Assembly: GCA_963767035.1 (NCBI GenBank)
Contig: CAVYBW010000001.1
Span: 2,310,547-2,374,546 of the forward strand
Length of the DNA stretch: 64,000 nucleotides
DNA from: an uncultured Chloroflexia bacterium
GTDB lineage: Bacteria > Chloroflexota > Chloroflexia > Chloroflexales > Herpetosiphonaceae
Direction of reading: 5' to 3'
Position numbers and translations under genes: made by a program. This document shows, one piece after another, positions 59,120-64,000 of the stretch. The notes beneath the pieces are model-generated. The model searched no databases. It was not told where the DNA came from and saw nothing but the letters and a program-made list of their open reading frames with translations. Each line of letters opens with the position of its first letter. Position 1 is the stretch's first letter.

Positions 59120-59658
59120 CCAGCGAGCAACAAACGAGCTAAGCGCTCACCGCCAACTAAATCGGCCAAATGGGCCAATTGGTTATCTTCATAGGCTTGA
59201 TTAAACAGCGCTACATCGAGAGCTAGCACTTTGCGAAACGCGATAATTGCTTTAGCAGGGTCGCTGCTGGTGGCGGCAATTTGCTCGCCACATGGCATAA
59301 TAATATCAAGCATGGCCAAAGGATAACGCACAGGCAAGCCGATGCGCACATGAATTTCACCAATTTTGAGCCGTTGTTGGGCATAAGACTCGTCGTAGTT
59401 ACCACGAAAGAGGTCGCTAAACCACGTACCAAGCATACCAGTTAATCGTTCAACCGAAACACCATCGAGATATTCGGCGGTAGCGGCGTGGCCAAGCAAG
59501 CGCTTGTAAAACGCATCGGTAAAATCCTTGGTTTGCGATTTAGCCTGTTCATGCAAGTTACCAAGTAATTGGGCTTCGCCAGCAGCGACATCCATCATTT
59601 TGACCAACTCGGTCAGAATCGCAGTTCCCTTAACACTCCAACTTTGACGATCTGCCAT
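59113..59658 (-). CDS. Stand-alone globin-sensor / protoglobin-like heme domain protein
   Basis: RLKIGEIHVRIGLPVRYPLAMLD (proximal His) and FYKRLLGH pattern typical of globin-coupled-sensor globin domains. Confidence 0.6.
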   Translation of the reverse strand: MADRQSWSVKGTAILTELVKMMDVAAGEAQLLGNLHEQAKSQTKDFTDAFYKRLLGHAATAEYLDGVSVERLTGMLGTWFSDLFRGNYDESYAQQRLKIGEIHVRIGLPVRYPLAMLDIIMPCGEQIAATSSDPAKAIIAFRKVLALDVALFNQAYEDNQLAHLADLVGGERLARLLLAGQ

Positions 59659-59673
59659 GAGCTACCTCCTTGA

Positions 59674-60051
59674 TTAAGCATTCATCAGTTCGGCGATTGC
59701 CCGACCTGTTTCACGAGCTTCAATCCGAATCATGCCCAGATTGGCGTGTTGGCGCAGAATGATTGCCAAAATCATCTGAGTAGCAACAGGCATAACCAAG
59801 AGATAGCCACTTTCGGCGTTAACAATCGCCTCATTGGCCTTACCAATTTTCAAATCGTTGACCACACGGGTCGTCACACCCATCATAGTGGCGGCAATTG
59901 CCCCCATACGGTCAGCATTAACATCAGTCGACATGCGTGAGCTAATCAAAATCCCATCTGAACTAATTAATGCAGCTCCATTAATATCATTACCATTATT
60001 ACTAACAAGTTGCTCTAAAATACTATTAATTTGTTCCGAACGACTAGCCAT
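59674..60051 (-). CDS. Roadblock/LC7 (MglB/CvnB-like) domain protein
   Basis: GAALISSDGILISS...LVMPV pattern typical of Roadblock/LC7. Confidence 0.7.
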   Translation of the reverse strand: MASRSEQINSILEQLVSNNGNDINGAALISSDGILISSRMSTDVNADRMGAIAATMMGVTTRVVNDLKIGKANEAIVNAESGYLLVMPVATQMILAIILRQHANLGMIRIEARETGRAIAELMNA

Positions 60052-60619
60052 GAGAGTGCTCCTTGTGAGTTACAGGCGAGGAGGATGAATCTTGGGCTAA
60101 AACGTCGATTCGATCAAGCAATGTACTGATCACATCGCTAACCGAAGGATAATCGGTTGCCGTGCAAGCGAGGATCGGAATATCGTTTGGCAGGCCCAAG
60201 CGGCGGCGAATATACGCTGGAGGCAATGCCCCTGGTAAATCTTGTTTGGTGGCGGCAACCACGAATGGCACGGGGGTTAATTCTGCAAAGCGTTCTAATA
60301 CGACAATTGTTTCGTTAAAGTGGGCTGGCCGACAGCTATCGACTAAAACAATATAGCCCAAACAACCTTCAGCTAAAATTCCCCACATAAAATCAAACCG
60401 TTCTTGGCCTGGAGTACCAAATAAGAGCAGACGTTGTTCGGCATCAATCGTCAACGTGCCGAAATCCAAACCAACGGTAGTATGGTGTTTAAGTTCTTTC
60501 TCTTCAGCATGGGTCACGGGAACATCAGTATCAACGACATCAATTTCGCTGACGGTGCGAATAAATTGTGATTTTCCTGCCGCGTATGCTCCCGTGATTA
60601 CGATTTTATAATTGACCAT
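60044..60619 (-). CDS. Small Ras-like GTPase (MglA/CvnD-like)
   Basis: P-loop GAYAAGKS, G3 GTPGQERF, G4 TKQD; 8-nt overlap with the Roadblock gene. Confidence 0.75.
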   Translation of the reverse strand: MVNYKIVITGAYAAGKSQFIRTVSEIDVVDTDVPVTHAEEKELKHHTTVGLDFGTLTIDAEQRLLLFGTPGQERFDFMWGILAEGCLGYIVLVDSCRPAHFNETIVVLERFAELTPVPFVVAATKQDLPGALPPAYIRRRLGLPNDIPILACTATDYPSVSDVISTLLDRIDVLAQDSSSSPVTHKEHSHG

Positions 60620-60627
60620 TGTTACTC

Positions 60628-61326
60628 CTAGGCACTGGCACTTGTGCGACGCAACCGCGCTTTGATAGCTTGAACCAACCCCCGCACTCGATTTTCGACC
60701 ATATGCTCGGAGTTAGGAGCCATCAAGACTGGGCTAAGCGAACGCTGAGAAACAACAATCTCGCTACACACCTCCACCAAGTTCAAGGCGATCAAACGAT
60801 GTAAAACCTTAAGCGTTTGATCGTAATTCCAACCAGTAGCTTCAACCAGTTCGGCTACACTTAATTCGTGGACTAATTGGCTCAAAATGCGCCAATCTTC
60901 GAGGGTTAGGGTGATGTCGCTGGCTTGACGCAACATTGGAACTAAGCGCAAGCGCGAGGTTGGTTGAAGTTTGGTCGTGCCCGCCAAACGCTGTGGTTGA
61001 TCGCGTCGGCGCAGGCCTTCGATAATCAACCAATCGATCGATCGCTGAATTTGCACGCTTACCGTTTCTTGTGGGTTGGGTGGCAAGAAGACAAATTGGG
61101 CATCATCCCAAGCCAGCATATCAAACACTGCTTGTTCACCACACGCAACCCGGTCGTGCGTCAGCTGGGTAACCACCCCTGCATTGATGATCGCACCATC
61201 AAAGAACCACAACATCGCCTTGAACGGAGCATTAGCAATCAGTAGACGACCAGTTTTGCGCCCATGATGAAATACATGCATCAAGTCAATTAATGGCATA
61301 TCAGCAAAATTACCTTCGAGAGCCAT
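60628..61326 (-). CDS. DUF4388 (PATAN-like) domain protein with a C-terminal DUF742-like HTH
   Basis: AAGGAG RBS; N-terminal LEGNFADMPLIDLMHVFHHGRKTGRLLI; C-terminal LSVAELVEATGWNYDQTLKVLHRLIALNLVEV. Confidence 0.65.
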   Translation of the reverse strand: MALEGNFADMPLIDLMHVFHHGRKTGRLLIANAPFKAMLWFFDGAIINAGVVTQLTHDRVACGEQAVFDMLAWDDAQFVFLPPNPQETVSVQIQRSIDWLIIEGLRRRDQPQRLAGTTKLQPTSRLRLVPMLRQASDITLTLEDWRILSQLVHELSVAELVEATGWNYDQTLKVLHRLIALNLVEVCSEIVVSQRSLSPVLMAPNSEHMVENRVRGLVQAIKARLRRTSASA

Positions 61327-61718
61327 AGCCGTCTCCTTCGTATGCAGTACAACCAGTCGATGTTGTCTAGGTTTTGTCCATATTATGTATAAAAATAATA
61401 CGTATCTGGAACAAATATATTTTCTAGTTGGCTTAATTGTTTGCATCGACGTTAGAAAAAATGACAACTCTATTATGGTCGCAACTGGATGTATCCGTCT
61501 ATGATGTGTCAATACTCTTTATGGCTATGCAGGGGTAAGGTAAGGATTGGGCTAGAAGTACTAGAAGACGTTTCCATGGAGTTGAATGAAAGTGGTATGT
61601 GGCGCTGTAATATAACCACGCCTGAGAGGGGTTTGTCAAGATGGGATACAATAGCCATAGGGTTTATCTGTTCTCCGTTCAATTCAGGAGCAGCATGCTT
61701 CGCCACGCTTCAACCCCT

Positions 61719-61768
61719 CCCCTAGAGGGAAACGGCGGGGGTTTTATCCCCTTGCACTCCCCTCTAGG
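61719..61768 (+). promoter_or_regulatory. Nested stem-loops in the upp 5' leader
   Basis: CCCCTAGAGGG ... GGGGGTTTTATCCCCC ... CCCTCTAGG inverted repeats. Confidence 0.25.
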
Positions 61769-61879
61769 ATTATTGGTGGCAGCCAAACGGATTGGCGAGG
61801 CATCAGAAATTGTGGTTTTCGCGAGAGCCAATAAACTTTACAATAGCCACGATCTGCGGTTTTTTAGTATGAGGTTGTT

Positions 61880-62500
61880 ATGGGCTTGCATGTATCGTCA
61901 CATCCATTGGTCTTACATAAATTGGCTTTACTACGCCGTGTAGAAAGCGAACCAAAGAAATTTCGTGAATTGGTGCGCGAAATTTCGCAATTTTTAGTCT
62001 ATGAAGCGACTGCTGATGTGCCGCTAGCGCCGTATACCATCCAAACGCCGTTAGGCACGATGCAAGGCCATGCCATCGGCGCACGCATCGGTTTAATCCC
62101 AATTTTGCGGGCTGGCTTGGGCATGGTCGAGCCAGTAATCGACCTCTTACCAACTGCCCATGTTTGGCATTTGGGGCTGTATCGCGACCATAACACGCTT
62201 GAGCCAGTCACGTATTACAACAAATTGCCAGCACAACCGGATATTGATGTGTGCTTAATTCTCGACCCAATGCTGGCAACAGGTGGCTCGGCAGTGGCTG
62301 CGGTTGATATTTTGAAGGCTTGGGGCGCAGCCAAAATTAAATTCTTGGGGTTAATTGCCGCCCCAGAAGGGGTAGAACGCTTGCAAACGGCTCACCCCGA
62401 TGTGGAGATTCACTTGGCGGCGCTCGATGAGCGACTAAACGAACAAGGTTATATTGTGCCAGGTTTGGGCGACGCTGGCGACCGCCAATTTGGCACGTAG
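61880..62500 (+). CDS. upp: Uracil phosphoribosyltransferase
   Basis: [13 protein letters not shown]-terminus; PRPP-binding [11 protein letters not shown]. Confidence 0.9.
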   Translation: MGLHVSSHPLVLHKLALLRRVESEPKKFRELVREISQFLVYEATADVPLAPYTIQTPLGTMQGHAIGARIGLIPILRAGLGMVEPVIDLLPTAHVWHLGLYRDHNTLEPVTYYNKLPAQPDIDVCLILDPMLATGGSAVAAVDILKAWGAAKIKFLGLIAAPEGVERLQTAHPDVEIHLAALDERLNEQGYIVPGLGDAGDRQFGT

Positions 62501-62506
62501 GCTGCA

Positions 62507-63487
62507 ATGCGTATCTTAGTAACTGGGGCAACTGGTTTTTTGGGTTCGCACACCGCTTTGGCGCTGCAAAAAGCTGGCCATACGGTGCTGGGCTTGGGCC
62601 GTCGCTGGCAGCAGGTTCCCAAGCTGCTAGCGGCAGGTATTCAGCCGATCAAGGCCGATTTGCGTGAGCGTGAAGCGGTAATTGCGGCCTGCGCTGGGTG
62701 CGATCTGGTGGTGCATAGCGGGGCGCTTTCGGCTCCTTGGGGCAGTCGTCGCGATTTTCAGACGATCAATGTCGATGGAACCGCCCATGTGCTGGCGGGC
62801 TGTGCTGCGCATACGGTCGAACGCTTGGTGTTTATCTCATCACCAAGCGTTCTTTCCAATGGTCGCGATCAGCTTGATTTGCTGGATACTGCGCCCTATC
62901 CGGCCCAGCCAATCTCGCTGTATTCGGCCAGCAAGCAGCAAGCAGAACAATTGGTGCTCAAGCATGCGACGCCCAGCGTAATTTTGCGACCAAAGGCAAT
63001 TTTTGGCGAGGGTGATCAAGCCTTGTTGCCACGGATTATCGCGGCGGCGCGGGCTGGACGCTTACGTCAATTTGGCCATGGTCACAATCTGGTTGATTTG
63101 ACCTATGTTGAGAATGTGGTGCATGCGATTGAGTTGGCTTTAACGGCACCAGCAGCGCTTGGCAATAGTTACACCATCACCAATGCCGAGCATCCCCAAC
63201 TTTGGGCGGTGATTCGGCGGGTTTTAGCTGAATTGGGCTTAAATAGCCAGTTGCGGCCAATGCCGTTGCCGATTGCCTTGTTGCTGGCCAGAGCGTTGGA
63301 AACAATCAGTCTGCTGACCCGCCGTGAGCCAGTATTGACCCGCTACAGTGTGCTGGCCTTAGCGCGTAGTCAAACCCATTCGATCGTTGCCGCCCAGCAG
63401 GACTTGGGCTATCAACCGCAAATTAGCCTTGAAATTGGCATTCAACGCACAATCGCCGCCCTCAAACAGCCAACAAAGGTGGTTTAA
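62507..63487 (+). CDS. NAD-dependent epimerase/dehydratase (3-beta-HSD-like SDR)
   Basis: MRILVTGATGFLGSH Rossmann motif; YxxxK region. Confidence 0.8.
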   Translation: MRILVTGATGFLGSHTALALQKAGHTVLGLGRRWQQVPKLLAAGIQPIKADLREREAVIAACAGCDLVVHSGALSAPWGSRRDFQTINVDGTAHVLAGCAAHTVERLVFISSPSVLSNGRDQLDLLDTAPYPAQPISLYSASKQQAEQLVLKHATPSVILRPKAIFGEGDQALLPRIIAAARAGRLRQFGHGHNLVDLTYVENVVHAIELALTAPAALGNSYTITNAEHPQLWAVIRRVLAELGLNSQLRPMPLPIALLLARALETISLLTRREPVLTRYSVLALARSQTHSIVAAQQDLGYQPQISLEIGIQRTIAALKQPTKVV

Positions 63488-64000
63488 ATGCAGGTAATCT
63501 TGCTGGATACCGGAATTTGCCGTGTACCTGAATACCATATGCTGCGCGATGGCAGCAGCGAAATACTCGATTGCCATGCGCTCGTGGCCTTGATTGAGCA
63601 TCCGCAACGCGGTTGGGGTTTGTTCGATGTGGGGTATAGCCAAGCAATGCTGGCTGCAACTGAGCATTTGCCGTGGTCGCTCTATCGGCGAGCAACCCCA
63701 CTGCGCTTGTCGCCAGAGTTAGAGGTGATCAACCAATTGCCACGCTATGGCTTGAGCGCCGCTGATATTAAGTGGATTGTGCTTTCGCATGCCCACGCCG
63801 ACCACGTAGCAGCTTTGGTCGATTTTCCGCTGGCCGAATTGTATATTTCGGCAGCGGCATTTGATTTGGTTAGCCAAGTTCAGGGTATTAATGCCTTGCG
63901 GCGTGGCATTATTCCGGCATTGTTTCCCCAACATTGGCATCAACGCTTGCATTTGATTCATGAATTCAACGACCAGCCATTGTTTGCCTTGGGCAATAGC
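63488..64000 (+). CDS. MBL-fold metallo-hydrolase (lactonase-like), 3' end truncated by the window edge
   Basis: ATG overlapping the upstream stop (TAAATG); HAHADH motif. Confidence 0.65.
   Translation, partial: MQVILLDTGICRVPEYHMLRDGSSEILDCHALVALIEHPQRGWGLFDVGYSQAMLAATEHLPWSLYRRATPLRLSPELEVINQLPRYGLSAADIKWIVLSHAHADHVAALVDFPLAELYISAAAFDLVSQVQGINALRRGIIPALFPQHWHQRLHLIHEFNDQPLFALGNS

Noticed and set aside
61700-61880. PyrR-binding attenuator upstream of upp
   Set aside because: The loop sequence (CCCCUAGAGGGAAAC) does not match the PyrR box (UCCAGAGAGGCU) well; kept only as a generic structured leader.
61641-61943. 100-aa ORF overlapping the upp start
   Set aside because: Overlaps the well-supported upp start and leader structure; no coding signature.

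Overview
This is a 64-kb stretch of a bacterial chromosome with about 50% GC and dense coding on both strands.

**Housekeeping and metabolic genes.** These include a sugar ABC transporter operon with a LacI regulator, lepA, divergent aat and clpS, lipB followed by a PIG-L deacetylase and murJ, cardiolipin synthase, moeA, panD, upp, a UvdE endonuclease, and two ECF sigma/anti-sigma pairs.

**Signalling and accessory genes.** These include a PP2C phosphatase, a tandem-kinase Ser/Thr kinase, a sensor histidine kinase, a GAF-STAS protein, LysR, TetR and CsoR regulators, and a subtilase.

**Likely lineage.** The lipoprotein and linker architectures, together with a characteristic GC-rich hairpin repeat family at least nine intergenic sites, suggest a Chloroflexota-like filamentous bacterium resembling Herpetosiphon. 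This is inferred from the sequence only.

**Most notable loci:**
- **Ras-like GTPase operon** (59113..61326, minus strand). It encodes a DUF4388/PATAN-HTH protein, a small Ras-like GTPase, a Roadblock/LC7 protein and a stand-alone globin (heme sensor). It resembles a conservon or MglAB module wired to a globin instead of a histidine kinase.
- **Major vault protein homologue** (31305..32696). It is a short 463-aa bacterial protein with MVP repeats, a shoulder domain and a coiled-coil, and its motifs are nearly identical to eukaryotic MVP.
- **Three-gene unit** (14940..19722). A small ORF, a 721-aa protein of unknown function and a membrane-anchored kinase with two complete catalytic domains.
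- **Secreted S8 subtilase** with a C-terminal amicyanin-type cupredoxin domain.
- **A pseudokinase-TM-vWA protein** divergent from the histidine kinase.
- **Two tandem GT21-like glycosyltransferases** in an operon with an alpha/beta hydrolase.

Several genes appear frameshifted or interrupted (TetR, UvdE, a GT-C-like membrane protein, and one ORF with an in-frame stop). Two 7-bp tandem microsatellites sit immediately upstream of signalling genes.

Gene coordinates follow the supplied ORF track, with starts refined from protein-index arithmetic. Coordinates of small motifs were read by eye and may be off by a few bases.
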